From Octopus bimaculoides (Eukaryota), in contig NC_068990.1 in the NCBI RefSeq assembly GCF_001194135.2, positions 3,173,704-3,237,703 on the forward strand: 64,000 nucleotides of DNA, in the 5' to 3' direction. Positions 53,168 to 64,000 of this stretch are shown piece by piece. The notes beneath the pieces are model-generated. The model had not been told where the DNA came from and searched no databases. It was given only the letters and a program-made list of their open reading frames with translations. Within the stretch, counting starts at the first letter, position 1, and each line of letters starts with the position of its first letter. A program made the translations under genes and the position numbers.

Positions 53168-53352
53168 TCTTATTTCTTTATTGCCCACAAGGGGCTAAAC
53201 ATAGAGGGAACAAACAAGGTTAGACACAGGGATTAAGTCGATTACATCGACCCCAGTGCGTAACTGGTAATTAATTAATCGATCCCGAAAGGATGAAAGG
53301 CAAAGTCGACTTCGGCGGAATTTGAACTCATAACACACCGGCAGACGAAATA
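53168..53352 (-). mobile_element. SINE family A variant with alternative 3' tail
   Basis: Same core, but the minus-strand tail is ..ctctatgtttagccccttgtgggcaataaagaaataagaa instead of ..gtagaaaggattatt. Confidence 0.88.
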
Positions 53353-54141
53353 CATGTACTTACATATATTGATAGATGTATGTGTATTTATACATATGTA
53401 CATACATACACGCATACACAAGCACACACGATTGGATAGGTAGACAATCTGACAGACAGACAGAGGGACGATAACGTGGTTTATTGAAAACGTCAACAGT
53501 ATATTTGAGGGAAAAATCAGAAATTAAAAGCGAGCATCTAAATAAAACATACTGACATGAAATAGTTTCACATTCGTATTGTAAAGAGCTGTAAAATTTC
53601 GATCTGCTGAGATTATTCAAGCAATTTGTATACAAAACCACCTTCTGCAAGCTGTTGAAAGTCGAAAGAAAACGACAGTATAAAACCAAAGGAGATGAGT
53701 TAGACGATAAAATTGAACAATATAAATTTACAGACTATAATGAATCAAGTGTTAAAAATCAATTGGCGAATGCAATAGGCATGTTTTTGTGTCATAAAAC
53801 CTCTACAGGGATATTTATGCCATTTACTTGGCAAGAATAAGTGCAGTCGATTTATAAAAGAATGCAGGGAATGTTTTAAAGCTGATAATAATAACAATGC
53901 GGGAGCTCGAGTGATGTTAATAAAGAGGAATTAAAACTAAAAACTAAAAAAAAAGAAAGCGCATAGTATCATCTGTTAAGCATGTTAGAGCACTGAACGT
54001 GTTCTGGTGTTCTGCTTGTAAGGAGTGGCTATGTACTGCTATGTAGAATCTTTATTAATGCCTTCCTAGTGAATGCCTATGGGTTTGCGTACGCGGTTAT
54101 ATATATATATATATATATATTCATTTATATATACACATATA

Positions 54142-55004
54142 CGAGAGAGTACCTAAATGTAACAGAAAACGTTCTTTCTTGTAGCTCAGACTTTCGCTGC
54201 TAAAAGCCACTTGATGCAAACCTCAGGTATCAACCTGCAGACCGGCGTCGTCGGCTGATGTCGTACTGCACGTGTTGCATATTTGTTTGGCAGTGCTTGT
54301 CTCTTGTTCGTCGATTTTTGCGATGGTTGAAACGTGAAATTCTGTTTGCTGCTGGGAAAAACAGTGGCCGGAGCAGTTGCCATAATTCAAACAGCTTACA
54401 AAGACGCTGCCATGAGCAAAACACAAGGTTACGAGTGGTTTCCACGATTTAGGAATGGTCACTTGAAGAACAACCTCATTGAGGACGATCGTTGACCTCT
54501 CGAACGAATGAAAACATCTCGAAAATTTATAAACTGATCTTGGAGGATTTTCACCGAACAATTGAGGAACTTGTGGATATCACTGATGTCCTGGAGCTCC
54601 TCTCGAGGAAATTTTAGCGTGGAATTGCGAATGAAAAGAGTTGCAGTAAAATGTATGACCCGCTTGCTCACGGAAGATGAAAAGCAGTCACGATTGAATG
54701 CGTGTCGTGAACTGAAAGAACAGTTAGAAGTTGATCCGGACCTTTTTTCGAAGGTCATCAGTGGTGACGAAAGTTGGGGCTACGGAGTATGGAGATGTGA
54801 AAGAGGTGAAGGAAAAATACAGAGGACGCGTTAAAAGGCATCACTTCGCAAGAGTTCCAGCACTGCTTCGAATAATGGAAAACACGCCTTGACCGATAAA
54901 TTGCTTTAAATGGAGAATACTTTGAAGGCGATAAAAGAGTAAAAATTTAAAACTAAATGAATAAAGCAATATTGCAAAATTCCGGTTTCGTTTGGGTACC
55001 GTCG
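54142..55004 (+). mobile_element. mariner element, internally deleted, both TIRs present
   Basis: TA|CGAGAGAGTACCTAAATGTAACAGAA ... TTCCGGTTTCGTTTGGGTACCGTCG|TA. Protein AYKDAAMSKTQGYEWF..RLLTEDEKQSRLNAC..VISGDESW jumps to ..QEFQHCFE*WK..GEYFEGD. Confidence 0.92.
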
Positions 55005-55270
55005 TATATATACATGTGAAAACCTAGCCATATTCGGGTATACATACGTATATACATTAATCGAAGTCTTCACTATTATATACCCATTACCTACCAATTG
55101 GTGTTGCGCTAGGGTTTCAACGGGATTCTAGGGAACGGTCCGATAATGTAACTCTGCACTCATCATATAATTTCGTCTCCCCTATATCACATGTATGTGG
55201 TTGTGCATGTGTGTGCGTAACTGTGTGAGCATGTATATATATATACATATGTATATATGCACGCAATATG

Positions 55271-55370
<100 letters not shown>

Positions 55371-55568
55371 TATATACATATATTCATATATACAAATACA
55401 TACGCACATACGCATTATACACACACAAATACACGCACTCATTTATATGTATATTGAGAAGGTGATTTCCTTTTATACATGCCTCGTTGAATACAAGACT
55501 GTATTCAAGTTTTATCGTTTCTTTGGCTTTTTTTACATATTCTATATTCTGTTATGAGCGTTTTACAG

Positions 55569-56062
55569 TTGGCTTGAAACAGTAGATTTCCTAAATCCAT
55601 ATCTGAGTTTTCTAGACCTTCACATTCTTATTATCGAGAATTGAACAACATGTATCTGACGGCTGTTTTACCTCTTATCGGAATTCTGTTGTATATTTCA
55701 GGTTTTTAGCTGTTATATCGTGTATATTTATGTTCCTCTCTATGCACACCAGTTTTACTTTTATATATGTTTCATTAAATAGACGTCCAACATTTATCTA
55801 TTTTATTTTATATTTTTCACATTTACTTGTTTGCTTTTTACAAGTGGTTTGGAACAGAAGAATGCCTAAATCCATATGCGGCGATTCAATGCCTTCACAG
55901 TCTCATAAAATTATGTGATATAACTCATAAAAGCGAAAAATGTTCGACAGAATTCCGATAAGAAACAAAACAAACGCTCAATATATTCAATTCTTGATAA
56001 TGAGAAAGTACAGGTGTGTAAAAGTCGGATATGGATTTAAGAACTATACGGTTTCAAACCAA
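55569..56062. repeat. Long imperfect inverted repeat (about 165-bp arms), MITE/foldback-like
   Basis: Blocks ttgg.ttgaaac, taaatccatatc, attatc.agaattgaa and tcttatcggaattctgt recur reverse-complemented at 55900-56062. Confidence 0.8.
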
Positions 56063-56176
56063 ATGGAAGAAGTTAATGAGAAAATATAAAGAATATAAAG
56101 AATAAAAGATAAAAGTTGAACATATTCGTGTATTTAATGACAACCACTCACACACACGCATCTACACACACACACA

Positions 56177-56246
<70 letters not shown>

Positions 56247-57772
56247 CATATTTGTGTATGTATCCTATATATCTTTATATTTATATCTATATCTATATAC
56301 ATATTTATATTTTTATATATGTATATATACATATATCTCTCTTCTCGTCTNNNNNNNNNNNNNNNNNNNNNNNNNNNNNNNNNNNNNNNNNNNNNNNNNN
56401 NNNNNNNNNNNNNNNNNNNNNNNNNNNNNNNNNNNNNNNNNNNNNNNNNNNNNNNNNNNNNNNNNNNNNNNNNNNNNNNNNNNNNNNNNNNNNNNNNNNN
56501 NNNNNNNNNNNNNNNNNNNNNNNNNNNNNNNNNNNNNNNNNNNNNNNNNNNNNNNNNNNNNNNNNNNNNNNNNNNNNNNNNNNNNNNNNNNNNNNNNNNN
56601 NNNNNNNNNNNNNNNNNNNNNNNNNNNNNNNNNNNNNNNNNNNNNNNNNNNNNNNNNNNNNNNNNNNNNNNNNNNNNNNNNNNNNNNNNNNNNNNNNNNN
56701 NNNNNNNNNNNNNNNNNNNNNNNNNNNNNNNNNNNNNNNNNNNNNNNNNNNNNNNNNNNNNNNNNNNNNNNNNNNNNNNNNNNNNNNNNNNNNNNNNNNN
56801 NNNNNNNNNNNNNNNNNNNNNNNNNNNNNNNNNNNNNNNNNNNNNNNNNNNNNNNNNNNNNNNNNNNNNNNNNNNNNNNNNNNNNNNNNNNNNNNNNNNN
56901 NNNNNNNNNNNNNNNNNNNNNNNNNNNNNNNNNNNNNNNNNNNNNNNNNNNNNNNNNNNNNATATAGTGGAGTACGTACACCCTTGTGCTTATCTTGTAG
57001 TAGGTATGTAGCTAAATTTTGTACGACTCCTCTTTTATTCCCCCTCTCATTTTTCTTCCTTTTTCTCGCTCCCCCTCTCTCATATATCTTAGCCCTCTCT
57101 TTCTTTAACTCCCAGTATTTTCCACTCGTTTCTCTCCCCTGTACCCTTCCCTTTGTCGCTCATTTTTTTCTAATCCTTCAATTCCGCTGCCCCCTACCCA
57201 TCTCTCCTCCTCCCTCGCGACCGGTGTCCGGCCAACCATGATCTTTCTTTCTTGGCCTGACTGCCGACAGCCAACACTTCTTATGTCCGTCCATGTACCT
57301 GCCTTTAGGCTTTCACTTCATACACACCAGTTCAATTTCATCCGTTCTCAGTCGAAAGACACCTGTTGTTATTTCTTGTTTGTATTCGTAATTGTGTTCC
57401 ATGTTCTCCGTTTATTGTTTTTTTTTGTTTGTTTGTTTTTTAGCTTAAACCTTTTGGGGGGGCAACCAGATCGAACCATCTCAAGTGTAACTGCCCGAAA
57501 TTGCCGTGACTTCGGGAACTTGACTGAGGAAAGAACTCCACGAATGACCCGTCTTTTTGCCTGTCCTTCTAATTGTTGTTTCTCTTGTCTGCCTTTGTAT
57601 CGTCTATCTGTCCTAATATATTAATGTCCTCTATTGCGTTTTTGTTCCATTCATATATGTATATATATCAATGTTGTTATTGTTATTATTATTATTATTA
57701 TTATTATTGTTATTATTATTATTATTATTATAAATATACACACATACCCATTATATACGCTCGCACACACAT

Positions 57773-57813
<41 letters not shown>

Positions 57814-58130
57814 CATCCACACATATACATGTATACATGCATATATATATATATATATATATACATATATACATAAACGCACTCATATTCCTCCAGTGCG
57901 CGATCAACAGCGAGGATCAAAGCGAGATGGATTAGATGTATTGATACATACTTAGCAATTTCCAGCAGATTTGAACATTTATATGCTAATCGCTGTTATG
58001 CCATATCATTGGAGTGAAACTCTCCTCTCTGGCAGTTATGTGTTCATAACATGCTCGATCTATTTGTATAAGAGGGATGCGATGTAGCTCGTATTTCAAT
58101 ATCGCAGTGTCCAGTCAGCCAAAGGCATCC

Positions 58131-58170
58131 TGGACTAGTGATTGGACTAGTGATTGGACTAGTGATTGGA
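58131..58170. repeat. 12-bp tandem repeat x3.3 (TGGACTAGTGAT)
   Basis: Directly visible. Confidence 0.95.
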
Positions 58171-59219
58171 ACACCCTCTTTCACACGAGGGTGTTTCGTA
58201 ACGTATTCAATTCGTCGAGGTACAAGAATGTCGAAACACTTGATATCTCAGTGTCCCTTTATGATATTGAAGCGAGTGTGCTATGAGTAAACATTCGTCC
58301 ACGGTTCGATTGGTAACAAATCGTTAAACTAATTTTGAAAGTACCTTTTAGCTAGTTCTAAGGTTTCCAGTTCGTCACATGATCGTTTATTAACATTAAC
58401 AAATTCAGTGATCAATATTGTTATTTTATTCAAAGCAGTTAAATACAAAGAAATAAGAAAAAAAAGGGTAATAAGAAGGAAAAGAAAGAAAATAAAAAAC
58501 TGAGGGAGGGGGTAACGGCAGAAAATGGAGGGAAAGGGGACGATGGGTCACATACCACAGAATGACCACAATGGTGTTACCGCGGAGAATGGCCAGCGAG
58601 ACTCGATTGCAGTAGCCACTCCATTTCACCGATTGGCCGACGTTATACATATTTTGCGAAGGAAATCGGTAGTACGGGGTTCCAGAACACACTGATTGCG
58701 GTCGGTGAGGCCCCTATGTTTACTGAGAAGCGGGCGGCAACACCGGGTTTATAGCCGATGCTGAGAAGGTTGTTGCCAGAAAACGTGTCGGTGCACTTCG
58801 TGTCCCAAATTCAACAGTTATTATTGCGATAAATGTGAATTTGTCGTCGGAGTAAACGCAGAAGAGCTGCAGCTTTAGAAGCAGTTGTCCATAAATATAT
58901 CCCTTCTGGCTGATTTTTGAGCGGTTTTCAAATTTACAAGGCAGTTGACCATGAAAACTATGCAATATTTTCTTTTCTCTCTGAAATAACTAGATCGGAT
59001 TTATTATGTTTAAACTCAGCATATATTTTGACCGGAATTGTCTACCAATATCCCTTACGTTGACGTGCATGTATTTGCTCAGCTACAAAAGTCTTTCCTA
59101 TAGATGGTATTTTGTCCCGAAAATAACATTATATCACAATGGATATATATTTGGTCATGTGTAATGTCGTCTACATTTGTGTACGTGAGCATGTTTATAT
59201 GTATGTACATATACTATAA

Positions 59220-59275
59220 TTTTTTATTTGTTTCAGTCATTTGACTACGGCCATGCTGGAGTACTGCCTTGAAAA
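59220..59275 (-). mobile_element. SINE family B 3' terminal fragment
   Basis: tttgtttcagtcatttgactacggccatgctggagtactgccttg. Confidence 0.85.
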
Positions 59276-59284
59276 TATAAGTGC

Positions 59285-59324
<40 letters not shown>

Positions 59325-59783
59325 NNNNNNNNNNTATATATATATATATATATATATACATACATACATGCATACATATAAATAGTACATATACGCAGAG
59401 ATAGAAAGCATTACACAAGACCAAAAGTATGATGGTTTTACCTTCAGTTGTGATACAATATTATTTTCAAGACAAAATAGTCTACCATCTATAGGAAAGA
59501 TTCGGCTGTTGCTGAACAAATACATGCTTGTCAACACAAGGGATATCGGTGGAACATTCTTACCAAAATTACTAGCAAGTGTAAATATAATAAACCCGGT
59601 ACAGTTATTGCAGTCATAAAGAAAATTCTGTACATTTAGAGAGTTGACATGTCGCGTAGATGTGAAAACCTCATACACAATCATGCACGCACACACATAT
59701 ATGCAGACACGCATGCGTGTACACACACAGACACACACAGACACACACACATGCACACGCGCAAACACACACACACACATATA

Positions 59784-59942
59784 AGGAGTGACTGTATGGT
59801 AAGAAGCTTGCTTCCCAACCACATAGTTCCGGGTTCAGCCCCACTGCTTGGCATTTTGGGTAAGTGTCTTCTACTATAGCCTCGGGCCGACCACAACCTT
59901 GTGAATAGATTTGTTAAACAGACATTGAAAGAAGCCCGTCGT
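59784..59942 (+). mobile_element. SINE family B 5' half
   Basis: aggagtgactgtatggtaag..gggttcagccccactg..ttgggtaagtgtcttctactatagcctcgggccgacc..gaagcccgtcg. Confidence 0.92.
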
Positions 59943-60311
59943 ATATATATATATATATATATATACGTAGGTTCGGCAAAACTCGATCACCTTCAAGCGT
60001 TCCACTGCAAAATGGTATGATTCAAATATATTAAACCCTCTTTCCTCATCTTGAGGCCCTGTTCTTTTCTCTTCTCTTCTTTTAATTTATATATTTGCCT
60101 TCACTCCATGTAGCAGATCAGATGTGCTATAGAATATGACGAATATTTTTCTCAGAATTTTCTGTGGCAGCGCTGAGGGACATTGGAATCAGAAACAGCT
60201 GTTAGAAATGTTAAAGTTTTGTATAAAAAAAAAAATAATAATCGTTGGTAGTCAATAATTTGTTTGCTGATCAAGGATTTTCTCCATTTCCTGCTTAATT
60301 TATATATGTAT

Positions 60312-60447
60312 GCGGTTCGACAAAAGAGACCGATAGAATAAGTACTAGGCTTACAAAGAATAGGTCCTGGGTCGACTTGTTCGACTAACGGTGGTGCTCC
60401 AGCATGCCGCAATCAAATGACTGAAACAAATAAAAGAATAAAAAAGA
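60312..60447 (+). mobile_element. SINE family B 3' part
   Basis: gcggttcgacaaaagagaccgatagaataagtactaggcttac..gctccagcatg..gactgaaacaaataaaagaat. Confidence 0.92.
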
Positions 60448-60449
60448 AT

Positions 60450-60481
<32 letters not shown>

Positions 60482-60499
60482 CATTACACAAGGACTAAA

Positions 60500-60717
60500 A
60501 TTAGGCATAAGGACGACATTGGGCTCAAGGACTAAAATTTTGAGGGCTGGTCTATGTCTGTTATATCGACCCCAGTGTTTCACTGTTATTTAAGTTATCA
60601 ACCATGAACGGCAATGTCAACCTCAGCGGAATTTGTACTCGGAACGTCTTTAAAACAGTGGAACTGCTGCAAAGCATTTTTCCCGGTGTGCTAACGGTTC
60701 TGCCAGCTCGCCGCCTT
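60500..60717 (-). mobile_element. SINE family A (left member of head-to-head pair)
   Basis: Ends ggtgtgctaacggttctgccagctcgccgcctt. Confidence 0.88.
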
Positions 60718-60768
60718 AACAATAATAATAATAATAATTATTATTATTATTATCATTATAAGGTTTTA

Positions 60769-60990
60769 AGGTGGTGAGCTGGCGGAATAATTAGCACGCC
60801 GAGAAAAATGCTTAGCGGCATTTTGTAGTCTTTACGATCTGTTTTCAAATTCCGCCGAGGTCGACTTTGCCTTTCATCCTTTTCGGGGTCGATGAATTAA
60901 GTACCAGTAAACTGTTGGGGTCGATGTAATCGACTAGTCCCTTCTCCCAAAATGTCAGGCCTTCTGTCTATAGTAGAAATGATTATTATT
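60769..60990 (+). mobile_element. SINE family A (right member of head-to-head pair)
   Basis: Complete copy from aggtggtgagctggcgg through gtcgactttgcctttcatcc to tagtagaaatgattattatt. Confidence 0.93.
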
Positions 60991-60994
60991 ATAA

Positions 60995-61930
60995 GGTTTC
61001 AAATTTTGGCATAAGGTCAGCAATGCTAAGGGATTCGACCATAGAAAATCGACCTTATTATATGAATGGTAGTTTATTTTATAGATACCGAAAGAGAAAG
61101 TTGACCTCGGTGAGATCTGAACTCAGAACAAATAGAGCTACAACAAATAATATAAGGCATTTTGCTGACGCTCAAGCTATTCCGCTAGCTCACCGCGTTT
61201 AATGACTTCTAATTTAGGGATAACGCTAGTGATTTTGAAGGGTAGGAGCTAGTTGATAATATCCATCCATTATGTGACACGACTCAACCCAGGAGATATG
61301 AAAAGGAATATTGACCTCGACGGGTTTTAAACTCAGCATATACAGATCCATAAGAAATTCAGCAAAATAAATTTTCCAATACGCTGGTGTTTTTGCCAGT
61401 TCACCTTCCTTAAAATAGTTATCTCTAACTACGGCATATGACCAGTACTTTGCGTTAAGTGTATGATCGATAATGACGGCTCCAGTACAAGTCAAACACT
61501 TGTACTTTATTTTATTGACCCGAAAATATTGATTTGAAATTTGGTACTTATTTTATCAACCCCGAAAGGATGAAAGCAAGGTGGACCTCGGCGAAATTTG
61601 AACTCAGGACGTGAAGACGGACGAAATGCCGCTAAGCAATTTTATCCGGTCTGCAAACGATTCTGCCAGTTCGCTGTCTTGCTTTGATCCGAAAATATTA
61701 ATAGCAGAATTTACACCAGCGAGATTTGAAACTAGAACCTAGACCTTAATATCATTTAACCGACGTTCTAACGATTCTAACCATCCTCTCCCCACACAAA
61801 TAATAATTGTTTCCACCATAAGCACAAGTCTTGAAATCAGGCGGACAGAGTCAGTCAATTAAATTGCCTACGGTACATGTTGGCGCTATAATTTGTAGAC
61901 ACCTGAAAGATGATAGGAAAAGTCACATTC
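60995..61930 (-). mobile_element. Stack of 4-5 further degenerate SINE family A copies
   Basis: Repeated core/head blocks near 61090-61197, 61300-61410, 61540-61680 (best preserved), 61720-61780 and 61830-61925. Confidence 0.7.
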
Positions 61931-63248
61931 GCCGTCTCTTCACCGCGTAATCACGGAGACGCTAAACATTAAAAAGATAATAACGATAGGAAAAGTAACA
62001 GCATAGAGACAAAAAGTTACGATGAGCAGCATTGCAGCAACGTGTTGAGTTTTACAGTGATAGTGATAATGATTTCTTGCCACAAGGTCTAAACTGGAAC
62101 TACGTTAGAATACAAAGCGACAATGCAATTGGCGCAATGTATACGAATTGAATAGAGAAGAAAATGTATAATTGCAGCAGGGAAATAAACGTTTATTAGA
62201 GGAAAAAAAATCAATGAAAAATATACCAGTGGGCACAGTACATATACACACAAACGTACATATAGGCACACACACATACACACAGTACGTACACACACAC
62301 GTACATATAGAGACACAGACATTACGTACACACACACACAACATACATACATGCACATACACGCACAAGAAATATATGTGTGCACAAATAGAGAAAAAAG
62401 AATGGATCAGATGACGACGGTGACATCGACGACAATGAAGTTGAGATTGGTTTTCCTGCTGCTGCTGCGAATGATGATGATATTGATGATTGTGTTTACT
62501 ACGATGACAACAATAACAGGGTGATGATACACGCACACACACGCACGCACGCGCACACACACACACACACACACATGTACAAATATCAATCTACATATAA
62601 GCCTTGTGAGACACGCATATACACACGCATATGTATGTATGTCTGTATATATACATTTATATATGTGTGTGTTCATATGTATGTGTAGACAGACATACAG
62701 GTAGATAGATAGATATCAAACGTATGCATATATCTCATAAAAAGTGGGGGTGTTAAACAACGACAATTTAAAAAGAAGATAATATAATGCTTCAGCAACA
62801 AATAATATAATGCCGGTACTTAATTTACCGAAATGCGCGTATGTTTTATTAAGCAAAATATATGGTATATGGTTTCTATATTTTATAAATATTATTACAG
62901 CTAGAGTAGAAGACACTTGTCCATGGTGCCATGCTGTGGGACTGAACCCGGAACTAGGCGACTGACTTTATGTTATAAAACTGTTAAAGCACTCAGAGCA
63001 TTTGTCCTTGCCTTCAGTACAATGAATTACAATCCCGTCAAAGTCAACAGTGCATTTCGTATGGCACACTATCACAGTTGAACCTGGTTGCCCCGCAGCA
63101 TATATGTCGTTTTTTTTCTTTTGTAAGTTCAAATCCCCTTTGGTCAATAAAGTTGGTAGACTTCACACCACTACCGTGCAACTTGGGTGTCCTTAGCTGA
63201 ATGGTCACTGTTGCAATCATTTAGATAAGGTTTCCTGTTTGAAAATTC

Positions 63249-63369
<121 letters not shown>

Positions 63370-63621
63370 GGGGCAGGAAGTTGCCAAAATATTTTTGGGT
63401 TATTTATTCACCGTTACACGTTATTTTATTCTTTGTCAGAAGAATATCTAATAGGAAATATCTTTCATGTTTATCTAGCATGTACAATTTTACAATTCCT
63501 ATCAGCAAATGAAACATGTGTAATGGTGATTAAACAATACAAAATTATTTTTCCAGCTTCCTAGTTTGATATAAAATAACTGTGCTGCGTATTTCTAGAA
63601 TTTTCAACCCTAATAAAGTAC

Positions 63622-63851
63622 CTCACAGAAATATAACCACTACGCACTGGATTATAATGCTGGAATAAGCAGATAAGCTTCATGAGGTCGCAGCTTCTAT
63701 TTTAACCCTACCAACATTGAATATACATTGTATTTATATATATACACACACATACAATGTTGGTAGGGTTAAAATACAGCTGTGGCCTCTTAAGGTTTAT
63801 TTGTTTAGTCCAGTATTATAATCCAGTACGTAGTGGTGATATTTCTCTGAG
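63622..63851. repeat. Long inverted repeat / foldback (arms 63622-63719 and 63755-63851)
   Basis: Manual alignment: about 97-bp arms with about 14-15 differences; the inner 22 bp pair perfectly; 35-nt spacer. Confidence 0.95.
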
Positions 63852-64000
63852 TGTGTCAACATTATCATCATCATCATCATCATCATCATCGTCGTCGTCG
63901 TCGTCAAACTCTTCATCTTCTGTTGCCAGGGTTCCGGAAAATGGTGTGTTGTAAATTGACTACAAGAAACAGTAAGCGATTATATATTTTTAACATATAT

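Noticed and set aside
59397-59620. Open frames on both strands (IESITQDQKYDGF.. and its antisense)
   Set aside because: Several overlapping weak splice options and no recognised motif; I could not choose a supportable model.
61226-61495. 89-aa minus ORF with normal composition
   Set aside because: Overlaps a degenerate SINE A copy (head and core visible); the open frame is incidental.

Overview
AT-rich, repeat-dominated eukaryotic non-coding DNA (intron or intergenic) from a gapped scaffold. The large N runs are near 7.7, 22.5, 26.8, 32.8, 35.7, 39.1, 44.9 and 56.4 kb. The SINE types and the extreme microsatellite load suggest a coleoid cephalopod, probably Octopus (inference from recalled repeat consensus, not a database result). 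No complete gene, rRNA, tRNA gene or CRISPR array is supportable, and most ORF-track entries are microsatellite or N-gap artefacts. Recognisable content: about 20 copies of a tRNA-headed SINE, two other SINE types and a fourth short repeat; five R4/Dong-like (RLE-type) LINE fragments, four of them abutting (TAA)n tracts; a Penelope GIY-YIG remnant; a Helitron Rep remnant; several Tc1/mariner and pogo-like relics and MITEs; and a few weak minus-strand exon candidates of an unidentified host gene (best: 23571-23722). The features most worth a second look are a 97-bp-arm foldback hairpin with a G.U bias, a head-to-head SINE pair joined by a self-complementary spacer, a 27-bp array that keeps a 9-aa reading frame for 151 codons, a decayed minimal hammerhead motif, and microsatellite targeting by the R4/Dong elements. 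I did not find convincing evidence for a new biological system; the findings are leads.
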